DNA from: Candidatus Bathyarchaeia archaeon
GTDB taxonomy: Archaea; Thermoproteota; Bathyarchaeia; Bathyarchaeales; Bathycorpusculaceae
Direction: 5' to 3'
Length of the DNA: 64,000 nt
Assembly (NCBI GenBank): GCA_038883775.1
Contig: JAVZLM010000007.1
Coordinates: forward strand, 32,001 to 96,000
Positions 1-9,497 of the stretch are shown piece by piece (the first letter of the stretch is position 1; each line of letters starts with the position of its first letter). The notes under the pieces are model-generated. The model saw only the letters and a program-made list of their open reading frames with translations, was not told the DNA's origin and made no database searches. A program made the position numbers and the translations under genes.

Positions 1-163
1 TCACGTTTTCATACAACCTAAAAATTTAATCAAAATAAAATAAGCCTCTAAATCCTACATGAAGCACCTAATAAGATAATCCAGAATACTCAAATTTGCA
101 TGCATAAGACGAAACCTTCATAAAGAAGTAATGTCAACTTTGTGGATTTGACGGGTGAGGCTA

Positions 164-544
164 ATGTCAAAACCCTTTTACGTAAAATTTGAAGTTCCAA
201 AGGAGGTCGCAGATGCAGCCTATGAAGCCCTGCAAATAGCCGCAAAAACGGGTATGGTTAGAAAAGGAACAAATGAAACTACAAAGGCTGTTGAAAGAGC
301 TCAAGCAAAACTTGTAGTTATAGCTGAAGATGTTGACCCACCAGAAGTTGTGGCTCACTTGCCCCTCCTATGCGACGAAAGAAAAATACCGTATGTATTT
401 GTTCCCAGCAAGGAAAAGATAGGCAACGCCATAGGCATAGACGTTTCAGCCGCTTCAGCATGCATAGTTAAGGAAGGAGATGCGGCAGGATTAGTTAAAG
501 AGATAATTACACGAGTTGAAGCTTTGAAAAGAGGAGCAAAGTGA
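164..544 (+). CDS. rpl7ae: 50S ribosomal protein L7Ae
   Basis: [12 protein letters not shown]...[13 protein letters not shown]...[28 protein letters not shown] at 164 follows a GGTGAGG SD-like sequence. Confidence 0.97.
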   Translation: MSKPFYVKFEVPKEVADAAYEALQIAAKTGMVRKGTNETTKAVERAQAKLVVIAEDVDPPEVVAHLPLLCDERKIPYVFVPSKEKIGNAIGIDVSAASACIVKEGDAAGLVKEIITRVEALKRGAK

Positions 545-771
545 TGAGCAAAGAAGAAAAGGAAGCTGCAGAGGAAATAACCCCAGCAGAAGTTATTCAA
601 ATCATCGGACGCACAGGCGTAACAGGCGAAATTACCCAGGTTAGGGTTCGCATCTTAGATGGAAAAGACAAGGGACGCATAATAACACGAAATGTTAAAG
701 GACCAGTGCGAGTTCAAGACATACTAATGCTCAGAGAAACAGAGAGAGAAGCAAAGAAAATTACCAGATAA
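544..771 (+). CDS. rps28e: 30S ribosomal protein S28e
   Basis: [24 protein letters not shown]...[22 protein letters not shown]; conserved position after rpl7ae. Confidence 0.97.
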   Translation: MSKEEKEAAEEITPAEVIQIIGRTGVTGEITQVRVRILDGKDKGRIITRNVKGPVRVQDILMLRETEREAKKITR

Positions 772-803
772 TCAAAAATCAAATTATTAAGAGGGTATTA
801 GCT

Positions 804-1001
804 TTGCCTAAACCACGAAAATGCTCCTTTTGCGGCAACGAATTCCCAGCGGGAACTGGAATAATGTACGTTAGAAATGATGGGTCAACCTTGTGGTTTT
901 GTTCAAGCAAATGTAGGAAAAGTTCCTTGAAATTAGGGCGGGATGCGCGAAAACTCAAGTGGACAAAATACTTCGGCAAAGAAGAGAAGGGAAAAGCTTA
1001 A
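804..1001 (+). CDS. rpl24e: 50S ribosomal protein L24e
   Basis: CSFCG...[23 protein letters not shown]...LKWT; TTG start; canonical operon order. Confidence 0.96.
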   Translation: MPKPRKCSFCGNEFPAGTGIMYVRNDGSTLWFCSSKCRKSSLKLGRDARKLKWTKYFGKEEKGKA

Positions 1002-2533
1002 GCTAAATTACCTTTTATTTTCAACAATTTTTCCCATAAAGGTTTGTTGTGGATGCACCCGATGTCTGGCGAGTTAACGTTTCCGTTGAAATAGCTGAAG
1101 GCTCTCGCTCGGCACCCTCCGCATATGTATTTGTCTGGGCAACTTCCACAACCAACCCTTTTTCCGTCAACAATGCAGTCTTCAAGGTTTTCTCTTATAC
1201 GCAGTTTCCATAAAAGCGGATGCTTATCCCATATCTCTTCAAAATTGTCTTTAAGTATGTTGCCTAAAACTGTGCTCTTATTTGTTGGAAAGAAGACGCA
1301 GGGTTTTATGTCACCGTTGGGTTCAATACAACAGTATAAGCGCCCAGCCCCGCATCCACCCAAAAAGTTTGCGACGCTTTCTACGCCCTTTTTTGCTGCG
1401 TAGTGGGCTTCAACCATGAATTTTTCGCCAAACTGCTGTGAAAGTTCTTTTGTTACGCTGGCGTATTGTGGGCATGTGCTGAAAAACTTGTCAACTTTTA
1501 CCTTTGATTTTCCACTTTTCAGTTCTTCCTCTTTAGCTTGCAAGTACAACTCAATTATCTCTTTTCCTATTGTTTCCAACACATGAAGCCGCTGGTCTGG
1601 GGTTAAGTCCAATTCAATATATGCCTTCGCCCTTCCAGTTGGAATGTAATTAAAATGCATGAATCTCACGCCTAACTGCTTTGATAATTCTATTAGTTTG
1701 CTGAGTTCGGAAAGGTTATCGCGGTGGATTGTTGTTGCAATACACGTGTCTATGCCCGCTTCTACACAATTTTTGACGCCTTCCATGGCTCGCTCAAAGG
1801 CGCCTGGTATTCCCCTAAACTCGTCATGCACGCTTGGTGTGGCACCGTCGATGCTTATTTCTGCATAATCTATTCCAGCATCCTTAATCTTTTTCGCATT
1901 GTCTTTAGTGATAAGTGTCCCATTGGAGGCTATGCTCACATATCCTATGCGTTTTTTGGCGTAGGCTGCAAGTTCGAAGAAATCTCTTCTGACGAGAGGT
2001 TCGCCTCCGCTGAAGGATAGAGCTGGCAAGCCTATGCCCGTAATTTTTGAAAGAACATCTAATACTTGTTTGGCCTCTTCTGTTGAGAGTTCTGGACGTT
2101 TTCCGCCACCAGCATTTTCATAACAATGCTTACATCTCAAATTACATTGGTAAGTAAAGTTCCAAACAATTTCGAAGGGACCAGCAGGCGTAAATGGAAC
2201 ACGCACACCATACTTTTCGATGCCCTTCATCATTAAGCCGAAGCCTCTAAGCCAAGCCTCACCATACTCTTTATTAAGGAACTGATTACGCATGAATTTT
2301 TTATCTACACGTAGAAAAATGCTGCCAAGAGCATAAAAGGGATTGGCGATTTTTTGGCTTATGTATTTGCATGGTGGACATAAAGCCAGAGGTTCGCCTA
2401 AAAATTCCTTAAGAGAATTTAGAAGCAAACTGCCATCTGTTGCACATTCTCTGTCCAAAAGACCAATCAAACGTCTAAGGATAGGATTAACTGTAACTGA
2501 GAATAAAGCATTTTCAACCGTGTCAATTTGCAT
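998..2533 (-). CDS. Radical SAM protein with SPASM domain and N-terminal extension (possibly GMGT-synthase-like)
   Basis: CNLRCKHC radical SAM motif, FSGGEPL, and SPASM cysteines ([36 protein letters not shown]). Confidence 0.9.
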   Translation of the reverse strand: MQIDTVENALFSVTVNPILRRLIGLLDRECATDGSLLLNSLKEFLGEPLALCPPCKYISQKIANPFYALGSIFLRVDKKFMRNQFLNKEYGEAWLRGFGLMMKGIEKYGVRVPFTPAGPFEIVWNFTYQCNLRCKHCYENAGGGKRPELSTEEAKQVLDVLSKITGIGLPALSFSGGEPLVRRDFFELAAYAKKRIGYVSIASNGTLITKDNAKKIKDAGIDYAEISIDGATPSVHDEFRGIPGAFERAMEGVKNCVEAGIDTCIATTIHRDNLSELSKLIELSKQLGVRFMHFNYIPTGRAKAYIELDLTPDQRLHVLETIGKEIIELYLQAKEEELKSGKSKVKVDKFFSTCPQYASVTKELSQQFGEKFMVEAHYAAKKGVESVANFLGGCGAGRLYCCIEPNGDIKPCVFFPTNKSTVLGNILKDNFEEIWDKHPLLWKLRIRENLEDCIVDGKRVGCGSCPDKYICGGCRARAFSYFNGNVNSPDIGCIHNKPLWEKLLKIKGNLA

Positions 2534-2696
2534 GAAGTCTTCCCTTTGCGATGTTTTTAAAGAGTCCCTATTTAATTATTTTTGGTTAAATTAACTGATT
2601 TTTCTGACTCACATATATCTTTTTTAGATATATATCCCTGACCGAAAGAACTGCTTTATTAAGAAATGCGATAAAACTTTTAAAGAAGGAATCTAT

Positions 2697-2915
2697 ATGG
2701 TTGCCAAAAAATCACGACAAAAAATTAACTTGCTAAATATGTCCGATCTCGAAAAAATTAAAGTCATACGGGAGCTTAAACAAAGCCTACGACAAAAGAT
2801 CATCGAAGCAAAATTGTGGCAATCCTTTGTAAACACAGAAAGCATAACTATAAACGGCGAAACCATCCAATGGAAAAACATAGACTTCAAAGGAATCAAT
2901 CTCAACGAAATTTAA
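2697..2915 (+). CDS. Small hypothetical protein
   Basis: 72-aa ATG ORF preceded by a TTTTAAA TATA-like element and AAGGA; fills an otherwise empty gap. Confidence 0.55.
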   Translation: MVAKKSRQKINLLNMSDLEKIKVIRELKQSLRQKIIEAKLWQSFVNTESITINGETIQWKNIDFKGINLNEI

Positions 2916-2976
2916 GCATAACGCATAACCACAATTTCTTCTTTCATTTTTAGAAGGATTAGCCATAGAGAAGTTT

Positions 2977-3055
2977 TGGTAGCGGGGGGTCGATTTGAAC
3001 GACCGATCTCTGGGTTATGAGCCCAGCGGGTTAATCCTGGCTACCCCACCCCGCT
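2977..3055 (-). tRNA. Initiator tRNA-Met (CAU), intronless, CCA encoded
   Basis: Minus strand AGCGGGG...CTGGG CT CAT AA CCCAG...GGTCG TTCAAAT CGACC CCCCGCT A CCA. A1:U72 pair and three consecutive G-C pairs in the anticodon stem. Confidence 0.97.
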
Positions 3056-3155
3056 ACTTTATTGCTGGTTAAAGCCTTTCTTAAATCTTTTTGGGAAACA
3101 GCCTTTAGTAAAAGATTTTAGTTGCGAAATCTTTAGGGATTTTGGCTGATGCTTT

Positions 3156-3800
3156 ATGGATAAGCCCTATTTCCGTCAAATATTCAATCCAGTTTTGGAG
3201 AGCCCAGTTTTTGTTGAGGGACTTCCTGGTTTTGGAAATGTGGGAAAGATTGCAGCGCATCTTTTGATAAAATTTTGTGGGGCGAAACCTTTTGCCGAAT
3301 TATATTCGCCTTCTTTTCCGGATTATGTTTCCGTAAATTCTAAGGGGATTTGCCATTTGCCCCGTTATGAGTTTTATGCTGCGCCTATGGAGAAAAACGA
3401 TTTTATCATAATGACTGGGGATACGCAGCCTTCCTTTGATGATGTGGTTGCCCATTATATGTTGTGCAATGAAATTTTAGATTTTGTTGAAAAATATGGT
3501 TGCAGCTTCATTACAACAATTGGCGGAGTCCCAATAGCAAGCGATAAGGCAGAAGTTTATGTGGCTGCCACATCACCGAGGCTTGCAGCAGAGTTTATGG
3601 AGAAAGGCGCAGTAATATATAGTAAAGGAAGAATTGTGGGGGCTACGGGCTTACTGTTGGGACTTGCAAAGGAACGCGGTTTAGAAGGCGTATGCCTATT
3701 GGGTGCTACAACAGGTTTTAGGGCTGACAGAGGAGCAGGCTTTGCAGTTTTCAAATTTCTCATGAAAGCCCTTGGTAATGAAGTAAAGGAAGGGTTATAA
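3156..3800 (+). CDS. PAC2-family proteasome assembly chaperone-like protein
   Basis: VEGLPGFGNVGKIAA, ELYSPSFP, TGDTQP, IVGATGLLLGLA...CLLGAT. Confidence 0.88.
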   Translation: MDKPYFRQIFNPVLESPVFVEGLPGFGNVGKIAAHLLIKFCGAKPFAELYSPSFPDYVSVNSKGICHLPRYEFYAAPMEKNDFIIMTGDTQPSFDDVVAHYMLCNEILDFVEKYGCSFITTIGGVPIASDKAEVYVAATSPRLAAEFMEKGAVIYSKGRIVGATGLLLGLAKERGLEGVCLLGATTGFRADRGAGFAVFKFLMKALGNEVKEGL

Positions 3801-3842
3801 GAGGAAACCCAAATTTTAAATGGTTAAAAGGAAAGTGAATAC

Positions 3843-4079
3843 ATGAGTGAAGGAAAAGGAGTAAAGAAAACTCGCAAGGTTGATTTGAGCTCAAAGTTTT
3901 GGAAAACCCTTTTGCTGGTTTTGGCTGCGCTCCTAACCTTTGGGGGACCATATGCTGTTTATATGCTTAACATTGTTCTTGAAATAGACTTTGCTGTTTC
4001 AATGGTTTCCGGATTCGTCCTTTTCATAGTGGGCTTAGCGCTTATATGGTATTTGATTAAGAAGGGCGTTGTTTCTTAA
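3843..4079 (+). CDS. Small membrane protein with two TM helices
   Basis: Two hydrophobic stretches with basic termini. Confidence 0.7.
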   Translation: MSEGKGVKKTRKVDLSSKFWKTLLLVLAALLTFGGPYAVYMLNIVLEIDFAVSMVSGFVLFIVGLALIWYLIKKGVVS

Positions 4080-4080
4080 A

Positions 4081-4135
4081 GCCTCAGATACCCCAGGGTG
4101 CATCATCTTTTCAGACGAGCAGGTTCTTCATCGGC
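4081..4135 (-). ncRNA. C/D-box 2'-O-methylation guide sRNA
   Basis: Minus strand GCC-g-ATGAAGA (box C)-acctgctcgt-CTGA (D')-aaag-ATGATGC (C')-accctggggtat-CTGA (D)-GGC. Terminal GCC/GGC stem, 55 nt, guides of 10-12 nt. Confidence 0.85.
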
Positions 4136-4194
4136 AAAATATAAAGGGGCTTTGCTTGTTAAAAATTGTTCGGTTGCAGATGCTTAGTTAGCAA

Positions 4195-4211
4195 AGCATA
4201 TAAGATATGCT
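4195..4211. promoter_or_regulatory. Palindrome AGCATAT-AAG-ATATGCT, a candidate operator
   Basis: Perfect 7-3-7 inverted repeat ending 16 bp before the ATG of an RHH-like gene; overlaps a TATAAGATAT direct repeat. Confidence 0.45.
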
Positions 4212-4227
4212 ATAAGATATAATAGTT

Positions 4228-4821
4228 ATGCAAGAAAACGAAAAGAAGAAGCTTGAAGAAATCATGAAAAAAAGTGAAGAACCCGCAAAAAGGACAACGA
4301 TAATTCTGGAGAAAGAGGAAAGAGAATTTATCGACTCATTAATTCGGGAGGGGAAGGAGCCAGGCATAAAACCGCTCATTTCAAAATTGCTTGATGTTTA
4401 TAGGAGCATGATGATTTATGATTGGCGGTTTCCAGGAGAATGTTATTGTGGCATTAGCCGAATGGCGTTCATAAACGTGGAATTAGTCAACATTCTCATA
4501 AACAACATTCCAAGGGAAAAATGGCACGAAATAGGAGCGAAAATGGGTGAAGCCGCGAAAGTTTCTATGGAGGCAACCTTGGGAATTCAAACCGCAGACC
4601 GCGAAAAATGGCAAGAAGTTTTCAAAAGGTTAAGGGTGCAGGGGTTTGGCGACATCTACCTAAAAGACAAATACATCCTCATAAAGGCACCATTCATCAA
4701 TGAAGCTGAAATTTGGGCTGGATTTTTGGAAGGCTTACTCAACATAGAAATCGACATAAAGACAACCACCTCACCCTTTGTTTTTGAAGTTAAAGAAAAA
4801 AGTGTGGAGCAAACAAAATAA
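4228..4821 (+). CDS. Hypothetical protein with an RHH-like N-terminus and a V4R-like C-terminal region
   Basis: KRTTIILEKEEREFIDSLIREG resembles a ribbon-helix-helix; EIGAKMGE...QGFG...GFLEGLL resembles V4R-type folds. Confidence 0.65.
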   Translation: MQENEKKKLEEIMKKSEEPAKRTTIILEKEEREFIDSLIREGKEPGIKPLISKLLDVYRSMMIYDWRFPGECYCGISRMAFINVELVNILINNIPREKWHEIGAKMGEAAKVSMEATLGIQTADREKWQEVFKRLRVQGFGDIYLKDKYILIKAPFINEAEIWAGFLEGLLNIEIDIKTTTSPFVFEVKEKSVEQTK

Positions 4822-4856
4822 GCCACGCCAAAACAATGGTTTATGGAGAGAGTTGG

Positions 4857-5918
4857 ATGACGTTACCCTTACATGAGGCAATGTTATATGAACAGTTTGA
4901 GAACAAGAAAGTTAAATGTAACTTATGCGGAAGAAGATGCATCATAAAGGATGGTGGAACAGGTTTCTGTTTGGTAAGAAAAAACGTTGGCGGAACCCTT
5001 TTTTCCCTTGTTTATGCTAAGGCTATTTCAGCGTGCGTAGACCCTATAGAAAAGAAGCCCTTATCGCATTTTAACCCCGGAGCCTTGGTAATGTCAATAG
5101 CCACGGTGGGCTGCAACTTTCGCTGTCAGTTCTGCGATAACTGGATGATAAGCCAAGAGAAAAAAATTGAGGGAAAAGATTTCCCACCAGAAGAAGTTGT
5201 TAAAGCAGCTAGAGATAACGGTTGTCAAGGTATAAGCTACACCTATACTGAGCCGACAATATTTTTTGAATACGCCTATGAAACCGCTAAGCTAGCTCAT
5301 CAAGTGGGATTTTTCAACACTTTCGTAACGAATGGGTATATGACGCCTGAAGCCGTTAAAACCATAGCGCCATATTTGGATGCTGCTACTGTAGATTTTA
5401 AGGGCGGCGGAGACCCAGACTTTTACAAGTCCTTTTCATCTGTTCCATCTGTTGAGCCAATTTACGAAGCCCTAAAAGAAATGAAGCGAAATGACATTCA
5501 TATTGAAATAACGAATCTTGTTGTGCCAAAAATTGGAGATTCCATTGAAAAAGTAAAGGAGTTGGCAGCTTGGATAAGGGAAAATCTTGGCAAAGACACG
5601 CCCTTTCACCTATTACGTTTTCATCCAGATTATCAGTTGACAACGATTCCATCAACCTCCATTGAAACTTTAGAGAAGGCTTACATGGCTGCGAAAGACG
5701 AAGGATTAAATTATATCTATATTGGTAATGCGCCTGGGCATCCTTTAGAGAACACTTATTGCCCAAGCTGCAACGAGTTGCTGATTAAACGCTTTAGTTT
5801 CGAGATTACAAGATGGAACTTGACAAAGGATATGCACTGTCCAGTTTGTGGAAAGGAAATTCCAATTAAAGGTAAATTGCACCCAAGCGGATACGCTTAT
5901 CCTTATGCTTTGTTTTGA
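4857..5918 (+). CDS. amrS: AmmeMemoRadiSam system radical SAM enzyme
   Basis: CNLCGRRC, VDPIEKKPLSHF, GCNFRCQFCDNW, YTYTEPT, ENTYCPSC. Confidence 0.92.
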   Translation: MTLPLHEAMLYEQFENKKVKCNLCGRRCIIKDGGTGFCLVRKNVGGTLFSLVYAKAISACVDPIEKKPLSHFNPGALVMSIATVGCNFRCQFCDNWMISQEKKIEGKDFPPEEVVKAARDNGCQGISYTYTEPTIFFEYAYETAKLAHQVGFFNTFVTNGYMTPEAVKTIAPYLDAATVDFKGGGDPDFYKSFSSVPSVEPIYEALKEMKRNDIHIEITNLVVPKIGDSIEKVKELAAWIRENLGKDTPFHLLRFHPDYQLTTIPSTSIETLEKAYMAAKDEGLNYIYIGNAPGHPLENTYCPSCNELLIKRFSFEITRWNLTKDMHCPVCGKEIPIKGKLHPSGYAYPYALF

Positions 5919-6176
5919 TGTTTTGGTTTGTGCAATATCTTTTAGCCCACTCATTAAGAGTCTAATACTTTTTGTTAGATTGTTCAAATCCAACTTCTAC
6001 TATGTTCTAAAAACTCGGTTTAGCCGTCTTTTTCACGCATCCTTATGAAGTACCAAAAAGGGGCAAGTATTGGTTTATAAAAATCATTGGCAATTGGGCA
6101 TGTGACTAGCGACTCGCGTAAATATTATATGAAATCTGCGAGATAGGTGTTACCATAAAATTGGAAAGTGATTTGA

Positions 6177-7649
6177 ATGAAAGGGAAAGCGTGTTTGATA
6201 ACAATGTTAACAGTCCTTCTTGTGGTTGTTGTAGGCGTAACAATAAAAGTTGAATATGTTAAAGCTGACGGAACCATATACATTCGACCTGATGGATTTG
6301 TTTATCCGTCAACTGCGCCCATAAATCGCTACGGAAACATCTACACTTTGACTGATAACATCATTAATAGCTCTATCATAGTGTTAAGAGACAATATTGT
6401 GCTTGATGGAGCTGGAATTTACAGAATTGAAGGACCGCCTGAGTACCCTTCTAAAGGAATAGATCTCACTGGAAGAAATAATGTAACTATAAGAAACATG
6501 GAAATAAGGTCTTTTTACTTCGGGATATTCCTAAACATGACAACAAACATTCGAATAAATGGAATAGCAGCAAACCGCACAGGTATTTACGGTTGGAATT
6601 CTTCAGGCATCATTATCCACGGAAATAATTTTCCAAGCGGATACATTGATCTTGATTACTACTGCTCTAATATTATAGTTAGTGAAAACATGATATCAGA
6701 TGGAATCATTAGTGTTGACTCCAATAGCACAATCTATTGGAATGCGGTGTCAGAAGGTTTCATCGATGTTGGTTCAGACAATATTGTATATGAAAACAAC
6801 GTAACAAATAGCTGGGCAGACGGAATATCTATGGGCTCACGAAACAAAGTCTTCAGAAACAATGTGGTGAACAATAGTCGTTATGGCATTCATGTTTGGT
6901 GGGGTGGCAAATACAACATCATCTGCAACAACAACATAATGAACAATCGTTGGGTTGGCATTTATCTTGATAGAGCCGATGAAAATGTGATTTTCCATAA
7001 CAACTTTATCAACAATGGAAATAATGCTATGGCTGACCCTGAAGCCGATCTTAACCTCTTTGATGCTGGTTATCCCGCTGGCGGAAACTATTGGAGCGAC
7101 TATGCGGGGGTTGACGAAAAAAGTGGTCGCTATCAAGACCAGCCTGAAAGCGACGGCATAGGAGACACACCCTACATTATACCCGAATGGGGGGTCGGTG
7201 TGCCAGAGCATTCTGACAATTACCCGCTCATGGGTCCAATCAACATCTTTGAAGCTGGAACATGGAATGAAACAGAATACTTTGTTGATATTGCCAGCAA
7301 TTCGACTGTTTCTAGCTTTTACTTTAACCCAGCTGAAGGCCCCTTTGTAAAGTTTAATGTGACTGGAGAGACTGGAAGAGGCTTTTGCAGAGTAGCAATC
7401 CCTAAGGACCTGTTGTGGGTGGAAGATGAAGAATGGAACATTCTCGTAAATGACCAGACGGCGAATTACACGTTGTTTGAGGATTGGGACTTCACTTACT
7501 TATACTTCACTTACAACCATTCCACAAAGACCGTTTTAATTCAAGGAACCAATGTTATACCAGAGTTCCCAACAACAACTCTCCTTGCATTTCTAACAGT
7601 CACAGCTATTACCACGATACTAATAAGGAAAAAGCACAATAGAAAATGA
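6177..7649 (+). CDS. Secreted parallel beta-helix (NosD-like) surface protein with PEF-CTERM-like anchor
   Basis: Signal peptide; Asn/Ile-rich repeats; GGNYWSDY...DGIGDTPY; C-terminal IPEFP, TM helix and basic tail. Confidence 0.88.
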   Translation: MKGKACLITMLTVLLVVVVGVTIKVEYVKADGTIYIRPDGFVYPSTAPINRYGNIYTLTDNIINSSIIVLRDNIVLDGAGIYRIEGPPEYPSKGIDLTGRNNVTIRNMEIRSFYFGIFLNMTTNIRINGIAANRTGIYGWNSSGIIIHGNNFPSGYIDLDYYCSNIIVSENMISDGIISVDSNSTIYWNAVSEGFIDVGSDNIVYENNVTNSWADGISMGSRNKVFRNNVVNNSRYGIHVWWGGKYNIICNNNIMNNRWVGIYLDRADENVIFHNNFINNGNNAMADPEADLNLFDAGYPAGGNYWSDYAGVDEKSGRYQDQPESDGIGDTPYIIPEWGVGVPEHSDNYPLMGPINIFEAGTWNETEYFVDIASNSTVSSFYFNPAEGPFVKFNVTGETGRGFCRVAIPKDLLWVEDEEWNILVNDQTANYTLFEDWDFTYLYFTYNHSTKTVLIQGTNVIPEFPTTTLLAFLTVTAITTILIRKKHNRK

Positions 7650-7752
7650 CAACTTAACCCTATTTTTTAATCGGAAGTGTTTTCACGGTTTAGATTGATC
7701 TTGATGCGTTGTGTTTTAATAATCTCGCAACTAAAATAATTATTGAAAGGAA

Positions 7753-8844
7753 ATGTGGAGACTTCTTCGTCCAGATGCGATGGCTGTGCTTAATGATGAG
7801 ATGGCAAGGAAAAGCCTAAGTAGATACTTTGCCATAGTAGAAAATGAGAAGCTAGCAAAATTTTTGATAGCAAAAAAACTTGAAGCAGAATTCAGCGAAA
7901 ATGATTCTTTAGAAGAGCTTTGGCGAAAACATGTGAAACTTACAGAAGAATTCTATAAACTTCAAATGGAAATTGACGCTAAACAAGAAAATTTGAAAAC
8001 GATGCTTGTTCCAGAAAAGTCTTATCTTGACTTGAAAATAGAAATCGCCGAAAAAATCCTCGTTAACTGCCATTTCTGTACTCGCAGATGCGGAGCAAAC
8101 AGGGTTGAAGGCAAACTCGGCTTTTGCAGATGTGGTTCAGAAATTATGGTTTCGAGCATTTTTGAGCATGTTGGCGAGGAGCCAGAGCTTGTACCTTCTG
8201 GAACAATTTTTACTATGGGCTGCACCATGCGCTGCAAACACTGCCAAAACTGGACAATTTCCCAATGGATGGAGAAAGGCGAAGCTTACAAGACGGAAGA
8301 TTTGGCTAAAGAAGTGGAAAATTTACACTTAAGCGGTTGCAGAAACGCTAACCTTGTAGGCGGAGAACCGACACCTTGGCTGAAGCAGTGGTTTGAAACC
8401 TTCAAAAATGTAAACGTGAATATTCCAGTTGTTTGGAACTCAAACACATATTATAGTCCAGAAACAGCCCAACTTTTAGCTGGATTCGCAGACGTTTACC
8501 TATTGGACTTCAAGTATGGACCAGGCGAATGTGCCGAAAAGATTTCCGAAGCCCCGAACTATTGGGAAGTTTGCACACGCAACCATTTGGAAGCAAAAAA
8601 TTATGGCGAACTAATAATTCGCATACTAGTTTTGCCGGGTCATTTGGAATGCTGCACAAAGCCGATTATAAACTGGATAGCTGAAAATTTGGGTGTGGAA
8701 ACCAGGGTTAATGTGATGTTTCAGTATAGACCAGAATGGCGAGCTTATGAAATTCCAGAATTGCGCAGGAGACTTACTAGAGAGGAAATGGAGAAGGCAT
8801 TGCATTTTGCTAAGGAAGCGAAACTAACCAATTTTATCACATAA
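7753..8844 (+). CDS. PflX-type radical SAM protein (PFL-activating-enzyme-like)
   Basis: CHFCTRRCGANR, HVGEEPELVPSGTIF, GCTMRCKHCQNW, LVLPGHLECC, MFQYRP. Confidence 0.88.
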   Translation: MWRLLRPDAMAVLNDEMARKSLSRYFAIVENEKLAKFLIAKKLEAEFSENDSLEELWRKHVKLTEEFYKLQMEIDAKQENLKTMLVPEKSYLDLKIEIAEKILVNCHFCTRRCGANRVEGKLGFCRCGSEIMVSSIFEHVGEEPELVPSGTIFTMGCTMRCKHCQNWTISQWMEKGEAYKTEDLAKEVENLHLSGCRNANLVGGEPTPWLKQWFETFKNVNVNIPVVWNSNTYYSPETAQLLAGFADVYLLDFKYGPGECAEKISEAPNYWEVCTRNHLEAKNYGELIIRILVLPGHLECCTKPIINWIAENLGVETRVNVMFQYRPEWRAYEIPELRRRLTREEMEKALHFAKEAKLTNFIT

Positions 8845-8965
8845 TAAATGTGTCATTAAGATTTTTACGAAACATATATTTCATCCACATCCCTTGTTTT
8901 AAGGGATGCTCTTCATGATCTAAACTGGAGATGAAAAGACGACTGAAATAGTCTTCAATGATGAC

Positions 8966-9097
8966 TTGATTGTTCGTTGGCATAAATGTGACATTTGCAA
9001 AAACGACGCCTTTGTCGTTTATATATTGCAACTTGATAAGTGGTATTGTGCTGATTGCATTCGTACGGCATGCGAACTATTGAAAAGTTTGGAATGA
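8966..9097 (+). CDS. Possible 43-aa zinc-finger microprotein or gene remnant
   Basis: Manual translation from TTG gives IVRWHKCDICKNDAFVVYILQLDKWYCADCIRTACELLKSLE, with two CxxC motifs. Below the ORF-track cutoff. Confidence 0.4.
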   Translation: MIVRWHKCDICKNDAFVVYILQLDKWYCADCIRTACELLKSLE

Positions 9098-9198
9098 ATT
9101 ACTCAACCAATTACATGTCCACGTTATTTTTCATTTAAAAACCCTTTTATTTGGGGCATACACTCAATTCTTAAGACCAAAGATAAAATGGGATTAAA

Positions 9199-9405
9199 AT
9201 GCCATATTGCCCAGAGTGTGGAGGCGAAATGCAGTATATCTTAGCCACCAAACATTATGTCTGCAAAAGCTGCGGATTATCTGTGACACAGCAAGAGTTG
9301 ATGGAACTTAGAGAAAAACTTAGACCAACCTTTGAGACGGAGGAGGAAGAGCAAGAAAAGCGAAAAAAGGAATATTTGAAGTGGTGGCTAAGCAAGAAAA
9401 AATAG
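9199..9405 (+). CDS. Small zinc-ribbon protein
   Basis: CPECGG...YVCKSCG; C-terminal EYLKWWLSKKK. Confidence 0.85.
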   Translation: MPYCPECGGEMQYILATKHYVCKSCGLSVTQQELMELREKLRPTFETEEEEQEKRKKEYLKWWLSKKK

Positions 9406-9497
9406 GCGCTATTCAACTGTTTTTAACAATAAATTAGCAAACAGCATAAAAGCCAAATAACTTATTTTTGTTGTTTAAAAACGGAAACGTGAACAAG

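Noticed and set aside
2613-2633. Inverted repeat ATATATCT-N5-AGATATAT between divergent genes
   Set aside because: It is low-complexity AT sequence, and back-to-back TATA elements could explain it.
5919-6176. Intergenic gap with short ORFs on both strands
   Set aside because: No recognisable motif, RNA structure or repeat was found.
8930-8970. CTGA...ATGATGA resembling a D'/C' box pair
   Set aside because: There is no properly spaced box C or downstream box D, and the stretch overlaps a plausible coding frame.
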